DNA of 64,000 bases from Macrostomum lignano (GCA_002269645.1 NIVC01002343.1:46555-110554), one strand, 5' to 3'; positions 37,701 through 49,946 are shown, counted from the first letter of the stretch. A program made the numbers and translations. Notes: generated by a model from the letters alone, not told the origin.

Positions 37701-39356
37701 GAGACTGCACCTGGGAATCTGGGGGTTGAGACTGCATCTGGGGATCTGGGGGTTGAGACTGCACCTGGGAATCTGGGGGTTGAGACTGCACCTGGGAATC
37801 TGGGGGTTGAGACTGCACCTGGGAATCTGGGGGTTGAGACTGCACCTGGGAATCTGGGGGTTGAGACTGCACCTGGGAATCTGGGAGTTGAGACTGCACC
37901 TGGGAATCTGGGGGTTGAGACTGCACCTGGGAATCTGGGAGTTGAGACTGCACCTGGGAATCTGGGAGTTGAGACTGCACCTGGGAATCTGGGAGTTGAG
38001 ACTGCATCTGGGGATCTGGGGGTTGAGACTGCATCTGGGGATCTGGGGGTTGAGACTGCATCAGGGGATCTGGGGGTTGAGACTGCATCTGGGGATCTGG
38101 GGGTTGAGACTGCATCTGGGGATCTGGGGGTTGAGACTGCATCTGGGGATCTGGGGGTTGAGACTGCATCTGGGGATCTGGGGGTTGAGACTGCATCTGG
38201 GGATCTGGGGGTTGAGACTGCACCTGGGAATCTGGGGGTTGAGACTGCACCTGGGAATCTGGGAGTTGAGACTGCACCTGGGAATCTGGGAGTTGAGACT
38301 GCATCTGGGAATCTGGGGGTTGAGACTGCACCTGGGAATCTGGGGGTTGAGACTGCACCTGGGAATCTGGGGGTTGAGACTGCACCTGGGAATCTGGGGG
38401 TTGAGACTGCACCTGGGAATCTGGGGGTTGAGACTGCACCTGGGAATCTGGGAGTTGAGACTGCACCTGGGAATCTGGGGGTTGAGACTGCACCTGGGAA
38501 TCTGGGAGTTGAGACTGCACCTGGGAATCTGGGAGTTGAGACTGCACCTGGGAATCTGGGAGTTGAGACTGCACCTGGGAATCTGGGAGTTGAGACTGCA
38601 TCTGGGGATCTGGGGGTTGAGACTGCATCTGGGGATCTGGGGGTTGAGACTGCATCAGGGGATCTGGGGGTTGAGACTGCATCTGGGGATCTGGGGGTTG
38701 AGACTGCATCTGGGGATCTGGGGGTTGAGACTGCATCTGGGAATCTGGGGGTTGAGACTGCATCTGGGGATCTGGGGGTTGAGACTGCATCTGGGGATCA
38801 GGGGGTTGAGACTGCATCTGGGGATCTGGGGGTTGAGACTGCATCAGGGGATCTGGGGGTTGAGACTGCATCAGGGGATCAGGGGATAATAATCCCTGAC
38901 TTGAGTAGCTTATCCCCCAATCAGTTGGCCTAAGGTGTCGCTTCTGTCACACGAAACATTGTTAAGAGCCTCGTTTGATGGAGTGCAAAGTTGCCTGACA
39001 GGCTGTCAGATTGAGCTGTGAAGGGATCGAGAACTTGGGATTTCTTTCCCGCCTACGTAGTCCCCATTACCTTATTTGCGGCTCCATTAAGTGCATTCTT
39101 TGACCATGAGCATCGGTTGATGACGCCACAATCTCCCCTTCATTCGCCCCGCAGACTCCTGGAGTCCGTGGCCCGCTCTTGCGTTCCCGGCTTCCGGCTG
39201 CCTCCGCCGACACCGCTGCCCTTGACTGCCTCGGCCAGCGTCGCAGCCGCAGCCGCTGTCACCTCCTCGGCCGCTGGCGGAGTGCCGACCTCGGCCACCG
39301 GAGCGGCCTCGATGGCCAACGGGCCGCCGCCGGTGTCCGCCATCAACTCGCAGTGA
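19747..39356 (+). CDS. CNOT1: CCR4-NOT transcription complex subunit 1 (~2480 aa), 10 coding exons
   Basis: Exons 19747-19845, 24128-25206, 25484-25951, 26845-27517, 27905-28559, 30447-33299, 33872-34349, 34803-35605, 35975-36109, 39155-39356. All introns GT-AG with consistent phases. Recognisable motifs: [73 protein letters not shown]. One -1 frameshift near 24350. Confidence 0.95.
22360..23115. repeat. ~81-bp tandem repeat (~9 copies) built of AAGTTGCAA/AAGTCACAA subunits, CNOT1 intron 1
   Basis: Period seen between 22561 and 22642. Confidence 0.9.
25983..26722. repeat. 29-bp minisatellite in CNOT1 intron 3 (CCCAGATCCCCATCTCATCCTGCCACCTT)
   Basis: ~25 tandem copies between donor 25952 and acceptor 26844. 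Confidence 0.96.
28635..30410. repeat. 24-bp minisatellite in CNOT1 intron 5 (GAGGATCGCCCTCTAGATGCCATT), ~74 copies
   Basis: Fills most of intron 28560-30446. Confidence 0.97.
33338..33760. repeat. 39-bp minisatellite in CNOT1 intron 6, ~11 copies
   Basis: Unit CTGAGATTCAGGATCTCATGTCTGCCCCATAATCTGCAT. Confidence 0.95.
34410..34712. repeat. 37-bp minisatellite in CNOT1 intron 7, ~8 copies
   Basis: Unit CCCAGATCCTCAGTTGCTGGGCCACCGCCACCTCACT. Confidence 0.95.
35686..35850. repeat. 28-bp minisatellite in CNOT1 intron 8, ~5 copies
   Basis: Unit CTAGGGTGTTACAGAAGGATCATAGGCC. Confidence 0.85.
36147..36899. repeat. 29-bp minisatellite in CNOT1 intron 9, ~26 copies
   Basis: Unit TGTGTCACAGGGCTATTCACCTGGGCCTG. 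Confidence 0.97.
37578..38885. repeat. 27-bp minisatellite in CNOT1 intron 9, ~48 copies
   Basis: Unit GGGTTGAGACTGCA(C/T)CTGGG(A/G)ATCTGG, in blocks of two variants. Confidence 0.97.
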
Positions 39357-39990
39357 GCAGCGGCCAAGAGCAGAAGACACTCGAGCTGACTCTAAGTTGC
39401 ACCCCCCGTGTTTTTGCTGCCGTCTCCCCTGCTAACAATTCGCCGTCTGTGCCGTTCCGACTGTCCTGTTTGATTTTGCACCTGCACAGAGCCTGCAACT
39501 CTGCTTGTTATAATCTGCCGATTTTTATCCCATTGTTGAGAATCCGTGAAGCAGCTGCAATCCGCATATCAGCGCGCCCCCTCCCAATTTCTTTTCTTCT
39601 CGACAGTCTCTGGCGCCCTCCGTTCCGTTGTTAAGGCGCCCGCCCTGTGCTGCGAATTGAACTTAGAAAATTCCTCTATAAATTCCCCGCATTGGCAATT
39701 GTTTTTTAATCTGCGCGACACCCCTTAGCACTGTCAGGCCTTGTGTTATAAACCGCGTCTCCCCCCTGTTCATTTTTGCTCTCTTCATTTTTATCGCGCA
39801 AAACCCATTGCTGCGGGCGCCGTCCCGCTCTGCATTCGCCGGCCCCGCTGCTCTCTCTATAAATTTGCCCCCCTGGCAGCGCGCTGTGTTCGCACAAGCA
39901 GACTAATTACTACTATATCCATTACTCTCGCTATTTACTATACTACTATTATTATTACTGTTATACAGCGCTCGGACGGTTCTTTTCTTT

Positions 39991-39996
39991 AATAAA
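39991..39996 (+). terminator. Putative polyadenylation signal of CNOT1
   Basis: AATAAA ~635 nt downstream of the stop, after a U-rich tract. Confidence 0.4.
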
Positions 39997-40444
39997 CTTC
40001 GTCTTTAAGTAGCCGCCCGCGTCAACCAGCTCTGATCTCCCCACCTTGCTATGCTATAATTACTGCTGTAGGCTTGCTGTTGTCAACCCTGCCGCCCCCG
40101 CCATGCTGACTGTCACTCTCCATCTGGCACTCCGCCTGTCACCCTCCAACTGTCGATCTCGCATTGCATTGCTGTTGTTGAGGCGCTCAGCGGCGCGATG
40201 CTGAAAGCTCAGGGTCCTACTGGCCAGCGAGCGAAACTCCGAGGGATTTCAGATGCGAGACTGGCTGCCGGCTGGCGGTCTGCGGCAAAATACATTTTCA
40301 AAGACGCAAAAAAACTAATATAAGCTGCCTCGGGCCCGCCAACCAGTTGAAAAATGTGCATTTTGGCTTCTCTGCCTTCCACTGTGTTTCCTGATTTTCG
40401 ATTCAGCTCGGGTTTTCAATTCACTTCGGTTGGAAGGTTGGTTT

Positions 40445-40990
40445 CTTACACCTTACACCAAATCGGTCTCAGGACCCGCTCCTTACACCAAATCGGTCTC
40501 AGGACCCGCTCCTTACACAAAATCGGTCTCAGGACCCGCTCCTTACACAAAATCGGTCTCAGGACCCGCTCCTTACACAAAATCGGTCTCAGGACCCGCT
40601 CCTTACACCAAATCGGCTTCAGGACCCGCTCCTTACACAAAATCGGCCTCAGGACCCGCTCCTTACACAAAATCGGCCTCAGGACCCGCTCCTTACACAA
40701 AATCGGTCTCAGGACCCGCTCCTTACACAAAATCGGTCTCAGGACCCGCTCCTTACACCAAATCGGCTTCAGGACCCGCTCCTTACACCAAATCGGCTTC
40801 AGGACCCGCTCCTTACACCAAATCGGCTTCAGGACCCGCTCCTTACACAAAATCGGCCTCAGGACCCGCTCCTTACACAAAATCGGCCTCAGGACCCGCT
40901 CCTTACACCAAATCGGCTTCAGGACCCGCTCCTTACACCAAATCGGCCTCAGGACCCGCTCCTTACACCAAATCGCACTCAGAACCCGCT
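40445..40990. repeat. 30-bp minisatellite, ~18 copies (CCTTACACAAAATCGGTCTCAGGACCCGCT)
   Basis: Direct tandem copies. Confidence 0.96.
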
Positions 40991-41591
40991 CTGCATGGCA
41001 TCATCGTATGCTTCCTTGGAAAAGCATATTGCATTTTTTGACCATTCGATTCTTGCGAAAACTTTGATTTCATTCGTTATGAGACTTTCTCTGTTTGATA
41101 ATGTCCAAATTGACTGCCTGGCGGCCTCAAAGAGATGAGGAAAAAGCAGCTGTAAAAAGAATCGCACACGTGTCAGTCCAATGCATTTCGCCCTGGGTGG
41201 TTGTATTTAATCGTGGCGTGAAAAACACGAACTAACTTCACTGATGCTGAGCCTTTTGATGTGGTCTGGTTGCTTTTGCATTTGCCTTCTCTGCTCATTT
41301 TCCTTGACGCTTGCCGCCATCGCTTTGAGTCTCCCCTGCATCTATATTGAGCATTAGCGACTGGTCCTATATCAGCCCAACGTCATATCCCATCTCACAT
41401 CCCATCCCCAAATCCCATCTCACCATATTCTCATATCCTATCTCAAATCCCATTCCCATGTCTCATCTTATCCCATTCCCTTATCCCATCTCACATCCCA
41501 TTCCAATATCTTATCCCGCATCCTATTCTGATCTCACATCCCGTTCCCATGTCTCATCTCGCATTCCATTCCCATGTCTCATCTCCTCCCA

Positions 41592-42025
41592 ACAGCTAAA
41601 CTCCCCCCCCTTGGCGCGGCGCGGCTGGCTGGGTGTAAAATTGCAGGAATGTGGCTGTCAGTGGCAGTCAGGGATTGCGATTACTTCGGCCGAGCACCGA
41701 AGACGATCCGGCAGCTGCTGGCCAAGTGGCAACGCACCAGCACGGTCGCTCATGGCAACTCTGGCCGACTTCGTAGGCCGGCATCAACAGGCTCTTGTTA
41801 AGCATGTTACGGCAAGTTGCTGTCCTGCTTCGAGTTCGCGGGCGGCGTACACGCGCTAACTGACTTCTAGTGAGAGACTTGAATGTGTACTTTTGTGTGA
41901 TGCGATGCACTTTACTGCTGCAGCCTTCTGCTGAGGCGCAGTGGCTGTTACGCAACTGCTGAGCCGCGGAACCCAGCAAGCGACAGCCTCGCCGCGCTAG
42001 GTGGGGGGGGGGGGGGTTCAGCTGT
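41592..42025. mobile_element. MITE-like element with ~45-bp imperfect terminal inverted repeats
   Basis: Left end ACAGCTAAACTCCCCCCCCTTGGCGCGGCGCGGCTG; reverse complement of right end ACAGCTGAACCCCC...CACCTAGCGCGGCGAGGCTG. No clear TSD. Confidence 0.55.
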
Positions 42026-44806
42026 CGCTGAGTGTATGTGTAGGGTGCACCGGGCAGTGCAGGCACGCACGTACATGTAATTATGTTTAGCGGTAAGCGT
42101 TTCCTGAATTCTGAGTAGCGCAGCGCAGACCTTCGTACATTTTTATCCATTATTATCTCTCCCCTGTCAGTGCTGTTCGTTATCCCATTTTCTTATCCAA
42201 CAGGTCTTGTATAGGAGTTTCTTCCCTTAGTTTAGGGATCAGGACTTGTCTGCGCTGAGCCGAGACCCCCCACTTGGCTGTTCGCATGACTGCCGGAGAC
42301 GCACCGCAGCGGCCGCGCCCGTTTGTCCCCCGCAATTCCCAAATGAAGTTATGCGGATTTTCTTCGATGCGTCGCTTTTTTCCTCTTCCCCTTTCTTGGC
42401 GTCGAAATTATGGTTGTCGAGCTTCCAGCTACAGGGAGCAATCATAATTCGATTGAGCGCACAGACCCCAGTTTGTACAGTTGTCCTTTGGCAGTGACTA
42501 TCTCATCTTGTTAGCTAATTTGCTTTGTAGGCGAGACTGTTTCAGGTGCTGCAGAAGGCGATCGCGCCGCGGAATGGACTCAGCCGCAGTGCAGGCACAC
42601 ATTTGAAAAGCCAGTTTGAAGTCACCACCAGTCAAGACAGAGTCAAGATATTCAAGGAATATTTTAGATTATGACTTTGCTATTTTATATTTTAACTCAT
42701 AAACAAAATGGTTCGAGCGTCAGAAATAGATATTTTTGTTATAAATGGTGCGAAATTAAAGCTAGCCGAGTACATCCCGTGGCTCTGTTCCAGCCAGGAG
42801 GCAAATCTCATCAGCTCCTGCAGATTCAACTTTAAGCGTCTTGGAAGTGGGATGGCGGTATCGCATACAAGACCAAAACAGTGACGTGCAGACTGGATTG
42901 GGGTTGGGGCAGGGAATGTACACGGATAGCTAATGTACAGAGCCGGGCTGGCCAGAGCCGGGTGAGTGGGTGGGCATGTCTACCCAAACAGCCAGGGGCA
43001 GAAAACATAAGAGTGGAGTTGGGGTGGCGGCATCACGTGACCCAGGCCCAGACAGACGTGGACTCTAGGATGGTGGGTGGTTGTGAATCGCTGCTAAAGT
43101 GCAAGCGATTTCGTGAGCGTGCAGACAGTTGGTGCCTTGGTGAGTGGTCGCGTTATCAGCTGTTTATCAGAGTATCTGTTTATCAGATCTGGCCATCAAT
43201 CAAATCGCCAGATGTACATTAACTTTTAATGTGTGCATCTAAGGCTCGTTCATAAAAAAAGCCAACAAATCACAAAGTGCACATGATTCCCAGTTCGAAC
43301 GGACCTTCAGTAGCGCAGGCGCATCTCGGCACAGGTTACACGCCTCAGACACCTTGACATTTATTCATCATATTAACATCTACTGAGTGACTGAGTCCCA
43401 TGTTCCCTCAAAATGTAATGCAACTTTTGTAATCCGCCCGAAGGAAGTATACGTTTACGAGTAACTAATCTGGAGCATTTAACTCATCTCAATCCTTAGA
43501 ACAGTGTATTACTGGTTTTGTCATAATAAATACATGTAGCTCCGACTCATTTGTTCCCTTCTCTTGAGTTTTTCCCATCGTTGCCCAATTACAAAGCAAT
43601 TATGAATTAATTTGAATTCCAAGAAGAAAAACGGCTCTGCACGTTATGTGCTTTTGATAAATTAATTTCTCTCATACCTTTGCTTGTCATTAACAGCACG
43701 GCGCAATCTCCTTACTCTTTCTAATTGATCAGTGCAGTCAGGCAGGTTGAATTTGGGTGGCTGCATCGCTTCGTCTCCACCCACCGCCAACCTCGGCCTC
43801 CGCAGCGCCATCACTGGCGGAGAGGAGGCTGGATGGCCGCGCCCGCCCCAGCCTCCTGCAGCGGCCTCCTATATTTTTACTCGGTAAAAGTCGGCCGTCA
43901 GGAAAGTCGCCGATAAAGGAAGGAAGCGCACTCAGCCCTCAACCTCCGCCAGCGACTGCAGCAGCCCGACTCCGCCAGCCTTGAATAAAGTCAGGTGAGA
44001 AAGTTGCTTCAGCAGGCCAGAGAGACCCAGAGAGTATCAGAGAGCGGCTGCACTCGCTCAATACTGAGTGAGCAGACTGCGGGCAGCTGCAACTGACTTT
44101 AGACACTAATTGAGAACAATTAATAAGGGCCAGGGAGTCGATATGCACAGAGGTCTCCTTGCCAGTCGATATGCAAATGAAAAGCCTGGCTGGGCGGAAA
44201 GTCGCCTTCAATGCCCAGCAACACAGCGAAGGTCTCCGATGGGATCTATAGATAGCTGTGGGCCGTGTCCGCGCCCTCTGTTGCCGCCATGATGAGCAGC
44301 TCTCCCGATCCGCAATCAGCTTGTCCTGCAGCCAACATCGTCTCCGTTTATCCCCTGCAATCGATACCTCAGTAATCTCTTGTCTGCCGCGGATCTTTAT
44401 GGCCCCGGGATATCAGCCGCGGTCTCGAACCCGACTCAAATGAAAAATTCATCTGCAAAGCAGCCGCTTGCGCAGAATTTTTGCTGAATTCTGACTTGAA
44501 CTGCAGGCATGTCCGCTTGCGGTCTCGCGTGCGCTATGGTTGCTTATAATGAGGCTGAATAATTAATTAGCCCCAACCAGGGCTGCTGCATCCTCTCAAT
44601 GAGTCCGCGCAGTTTTCTAAGCCTCTTGAAGTTTTTTCTTGGCTAACTTTTTTGAGGCGCATCTTAGCGATTGGAAACAATTAGTCGTACAATTTTGCTG
44701 CCATGAATTCACGTGAAACTGTCTTTTGTCCCTGTCTAACTGACAAAAACCTCCTTGCAGAACCCAAGACGAAAATAGACTGTCTATCTACTGAAGCCAC
44801 GCTGAA

Positions 44807-45713
44807 ATGCGCCACAATTCCACCTGCCGGATTGGCCTGGCCTGCCTGATGGCCTTTCTGCTCTGTGCTGGAGTGACCCACTGCGAGGTGCGTGACGGGC
44901 TGGGTGACTGGCTGGGTGACTGGCTGGGTGACGGGCTGGGTGAGAAGCTGGATAAACTTGACCTCAAAGAAAACTCGCCTGTGAGCAAGGCATCCGGCCT
45001 CTGTGCAATGCCAGCAAGCGTCTGAGTTCTGTTTCAGTCACGCAGTCGGCGAAATGACGGCGAAATTTAATGTCATTTAAATGCCGACAGTTAAATGACA
45101 GCAATTTGCATTTCCAACAGGAGAATTCCATTAAGGCTCTGGAAGAAACGTTTTAGGGAGTTTAGCGATCTGAAAGTGACTTCAAAGTGCAGATTTGGAG
45201 ATTTAGTTTCGCTACAATTGATCTTAAAACTGATCTCTCCAGATGCCCGACTCCAAAGCCATGGAAGATGACAGTCGGGATGAAGAGAAGAGGTTCGACC
45301 CGCTGATGATGAAGAAGTTCGACCCGCTGATGATGAAGAAGTTCGACCCGCTGATGATGAAGAAGTTCGACCCGCTGATGATGAAGAAGTTCGACCCGCT
45401 GATGATGAAGAAGTTCGACCCGCTGATGATGAAGAAGTTCGACCCGCTGATGATGAAGAAGTTCGACCCGCTGATGATGAAGAAGTTCGACCCGCTGATG
45501 ATGAAGAAGTTCGACCCGCTGATGATGAAGAAGTTCGACCCGCTGATGATGAAGAAGTTCGACCCGCTGATGATGAAGAAGTTCGACCCGCTGATGATGA
45601 AGAAGTTCGACCCGCTGATGATGAAGAGGTTCGACCCGCTGATGATGAAGAAGTTCGACCCGCTGATGATGAAGCGCAGGTTTCTCCGCAAGCTTCACCG
45701 CCTGCACGAGTGA
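44807..45713 (+). CDS. Neuropeptide precursor (183 aa): signal peptide, acidic spacer, 16x FDPLMM flanked by KK/KR
   Basis: Exon 44807-44887 encodes MRHNSTCRIGLACLMAFLLCAGVTHCE (hydrophobic signal peptide), with donor GAG|GTGCGT. Phase-0 acceptor CTCTCCAG|ATG at 45243 gives MPDSKAMEDDSRDEEKR(FDPLMM-KK/KR)x16...RFLRKLHRLHE*. Confidence 0.88.
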
Positions 45714-47244
45714 ACTCAGCACAGAACCTTTCAGCCGTAGATTTCACACTTGAAGACCTGTCCTCACTTTCGGTGACTCAGAGTAGAGCAGAGCAGAGTT
45801 TGCGGTAGTGGGTGAAACTAACTACTGATGAAGCTACTATATTCGATTCCGAAATACACCAATTGAGCAAACTCGCTAGCCAGGGAAGCTCGGTGCAGAT
45901 TATCTTGAGCAGTCCGCGCCAATGTCACTTAACGATTATTTTTATATTTTGAGCATGAATTGCAGAACAGTCGGCTCTCTGATTCCAAATTTAAGCTACT
46001 GATCAAGAACTTCTGCATCACTCTGCAGCCCGCATTCGTGCAGGGCAGCTCAGATCTGCCGCTGAGGTGCTCAAATTACCAATTTAGATTGCTGGAGCCC
46101 CCAGGCCGCGGAATTGAAAGCTGAGAGGTGAGAGGAAAACAGAACTGTGTTTCAGGTGCACGGCAGGTCTGAGTCCAGTGAGCCCTTGTGAGCCGAAGTG
46201 GAGCTAATTATGATTGACACGGGAGCCTCCGCTGCAGTGCCGCGAAATTCTTCGGCTATTTCAGAGGCTCTTTGAGATTCTTTATTCCCAAAGAAGCCGT
46301 AGGCGGATCCAAAAATGTCCCAGAGCTTCGTCTGAGCTGCTGCCTCCAGTCCGTCATCAAATGACCGAAGATGGATTTCCTGCTGCTGAAGCCAGCCATC
46401 CCGCGCCGCTGCAGAATTATTGAGCCTCATCAATTACCCCCCCCCCCAGCTTACGCGGGTCTCAGCTTCCCTCAATCCTTCATCGTTCGGATTTTTTATT
46501 GTTTTAAAATAGGCCAACCAAGCGATCACAAAGCGATTAGGTAGACTTCCAAGAAACAGCAGCAGTCACCCGCACCTGACCAGGCCTTGGCAAACACGGG
46601 ACTGCCTGAGCTGCCCACCTGAGCAAAGTGGTTCGGCGCGCCAGCAAGAGGCTGCCTGTGCTCACCGAATGGCAACAATGCTGCTGCGGGGGAGACACTG
46701 AGGCTGTTTGCTCTCAGCAAGCAGAGCCGGCATCGGGGCTGTTTTTACACCATCAGAAACTGACTGATGCTGCACGGCATCATCGCTGCCGCTCTCAAGA
46801 CCCGGCAGGGCCCAGGAAGGCATTAGCGGGGCTGTCAATCACACGGACTGCGACTCGCCCCACAGACCACCATTAGAGTCGCACTCGGCGCTGATGCCCC
46901 TCGGCGATTAAAAAGCTGCGTTCTTTACGGCGTCCCTCCTGCAGGCAGCAACAGTTTTTTATGACTGATGAGTCTGACGCCATTTCTGTCTGAGACTGGC
47001 GCGAGGCATTACAGGTGCGATAATTGGCCTGGACTTTCCTCTAGGAGAGCTTGCTTTTAGTGGCAGCAGACTTGCCAATTTGCTTTGGCACAGCTCTTGT
47101 GGAGCTGTCAGGCGGCCTATTTTTAGGGCCCAGCTGCTTTTTATAATGGGGCAGACTGTCTGATAGGCGAGTTGGTTGAAGTCCGCAAAACATTTGCAAA
47201 TTGTCGAATTGCTTTTGCGAGACAGTGCAGCGCTAAATTGTTCC

Positions 47245-47996
47245 CTCAAGTCCTGCTGACACAGCCAGCATCCCTGCTGACAGTTTCCTCTAGTCCTGCT
47301 GACACAGCCAGCATCCCTGCTGACAGTTTCCTCTAGTCCTGCTGACACAACTGACACAGCCAGTATCCCTGCTGACAGTTCCCTCAAGTCCTGCTGACAC
47401 AGCCAGCATCCCTGCTGACAGTTCCCCCAAGTCCTGCTGACACAGCCAGCATCCCTGCTGACAGTTCCCTCAAGTCCTGCTGACACAGCCAGTTCCCTGC
47501 TGACACAGCCAGTATCCCTGCTGACAGTTCCCTCAAGTCCTGCTGACACAGCCAGCATCCCTGCTGACAGTTTCCTCTAGTCCTGCTGACACAGCCAGCA
47601 TCCCTGCTGACAGTTCCCTCAAGTCCTGCTGACACAGCCAGTATCCCTGCTGACACAGCCAGTATCCCTGCTGACAGTTCCCTCTAGTCCTGCTGACACA
47701 GCCAGTATCCCGGCTGACAGTTCCCTTAAGTCCTGCTGACACAGCCAGCATCCCTGCTGACAGTTTCCTCTAGTCCTGCTGACACAGCTGACACGGCTGA
47801 CACAGCCAGCATCCCTGCTGACAGTTTCCTCTAGTCCTGCTGACACAGCTGACACGGCTGACACAGCCAGCATCCCTGCTGACAGTTTCCTCTAGTCCTG
47901 CTGACACAGCTGACACGGCTGACACAGCCAGCATCCCTGCTGACAGTTTCCTCTAGTCCTGCTGACACAGCTGACACGGCTGACACAGCCAGCATC
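47245..47996. repeat. Complex ~43-bp minisatellite with GCTGACA subunits
   Basis: Unit GCTGACACAGCCAGCATCCCTGCTGACAGTTTCCTCTAGTCCT with internal duplications. Confidence 0.93.
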
Positions 47997-49634
47997 CAGC
48001 TGTTGAAGTTGTCAGCGCGTCACTCCGCAGGTCGGAGGATCTGTCAGCCTGGAATTGCCAGTTTCGCATTAAATCGCAAAGCTTTTAAATTTGCTTCTTG
48101 ATCGAAAAACTGATGAGAAAGGATGATGAAGCTTGCGATTTTTTACTTTAATTATAGCCCACATTTGAGATGGCACTGCACCGGAATTTTTGAGACACAG
48201 AGCCAGTCAGTGAGCGCCCTTGCATTTTACTATCAGTCATTCGATTAAGCTGAAGAGCTTTTTATGCCGAAGTACCCCGAACCCGCCTGCAGCCAGTCAG
48301 CCCAACTTTTTCGCTTTTGCATCGTCTGCTTTGTCCGGGGCTTTTTTGTCCGGGGCAAAATCACCTGCAATTTTTATTGAAATCTGCTTGAATTGGCGGC
48401 ACCAGCCGGTGGCCGAGCGACTGACTGACTGGCTGACTGACTGACTGCCAACGGACGGGAGAGTGGATGAATGCAGCTCACATTTTGGTTTTGTTCTGGC
48501 GACTGCAATTCAGATGAAAGCTTGATTTTGCGGTGAAGAAGAAATTATAATAAGTGCTCGCCATTTCTCCAATCTCTCAAATATTTTCATTTATTAATGC
48601 TACTACTGAATGCGATTTGAATAGTAGTAGTACGCTAGATTTTTATAGCTATTTGACCACAAACTATGAGCCCAAAAATTCGCAATGGCTTGTCTGCAGT
48701 GATCCGGTAAATTGCCCCAGTAAATGGGAGATTTTCCCCGCAACTCAGCCAATTGAGACGTAAAGACGATCTCTCGCGATTGCCTGTTTGGGTGCACTCT
48801 GCCTGGAGGGTACTTTTGTGTGTCCGGGGCAGCCTGGCTGACGAACTTGGCGGCTGAGCTGCTCGTATTTCAGGAAGAGTGCCGCGCTCTGTGCTGCTTT
48901 GAGCTGTCATTGCGCTAGGTGAACCTACCCGCGAAGGGAGCTGGTAAATGGACCACCTGGAAGGCATGAGCCCCAGAAGTTATTGGTACCCTGACAGTGT
49001 GACCCACCAGATACCGCGATCCTAGGCAATGGAGATGAGTGACAGACTTTCACGTGCTTACGGCAGGGGGATCAAGTGTTCACCGGTGGCGTAATTGATC
49101 TCACGGTCGACCCTGTCTGACGGGCATTTTGCACTCGATGGCACCCCCGTTTTAACAACAACAGCTCCCTCAGCCCCTTTCATCCGATTCGCTTTAGGCG
49201 ATGTACTTTAAGGCTTGTTCACATCGCCATCAAATAGACCGACGAACCCACGAACGACACGATGGCTGACAGAAAACTTTGCCCCCAAGTGCCTGTCTTG
49301 GCTTCGGCGTCTCCCTTCTGGCCGTTTTGTTTACGATTGCTCGGGTCAGCTCGGTGCAAAATACGAAGAAGACATGCCTGGTAGGCTAACAGCTTGGAGA
49401 TGACCGAAGTCTAGATAGTAGAGAATTAGCAACGGAATAAGATAAATAATTAAAACTAAGGGTAGAAGACGCTTCAGTTCAAATTCCAAAGTCTACGTAG
49501 CTGCATGTTGTTTGCATGCGACGTGCAGCCAATTATCAGATGAAAGTTTATGACGCGGGTAAATAAATGCTTCAAATGTGCGACCCCGAACTGAAATGCA
49601 TGTGGGCTCAATCCTGCACTGAAATCTTAACGCA

Positions 49635-49946
49635 ATGATTTTCTCTGCAAGCTTGGCATTGCTGGCCGCAGTCGCGACTGTTGCTGCCCAAGAGGACGCC
49701 GTGTCGCTGCGGAGGACGCACGGATGCACCGAGTTCCAGATGGTGAGCAGCGATGGCTGCGTCCCTTGTCCCGGGCGGGGCTTTGCCAGGCTGCCGCTTA
49801 ACAAAGACTGCTACGGTGAGCGCATGACGGAACTCTTGCGCTGTCCTTAACCGTGCATTTTGACCTAATCCAGATAGTGTCCGATTTTTTCTTACCAATT
49901 TCCACAGCTGAAGCTGAAGTTTACTGTACTCGCGTAACACCATGAT
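49635..49946 (+). CDS. Putative small secreted cysteine-rich protein (two exons; C-terminus uncertain)
   Basis: MIFSASLALLAAVATVAA signal-like start, then C-x9-C-x2-C-x13-C. Donor CG|GTGAGC at 49816; acceptor TTCCACAG| at 49908 continues AEAEVYCTRVTP and ends in TGA TAG TAA. Confidence 0.4.

Noticed and set aside
37444-38933. Three long overlapping ORFs (QSQPPD / VETAPG / LHLGIW repeats)
   Set aside because: 27-bp intronic minisatellite open in several frames; no unique coding flanks or splice integration.
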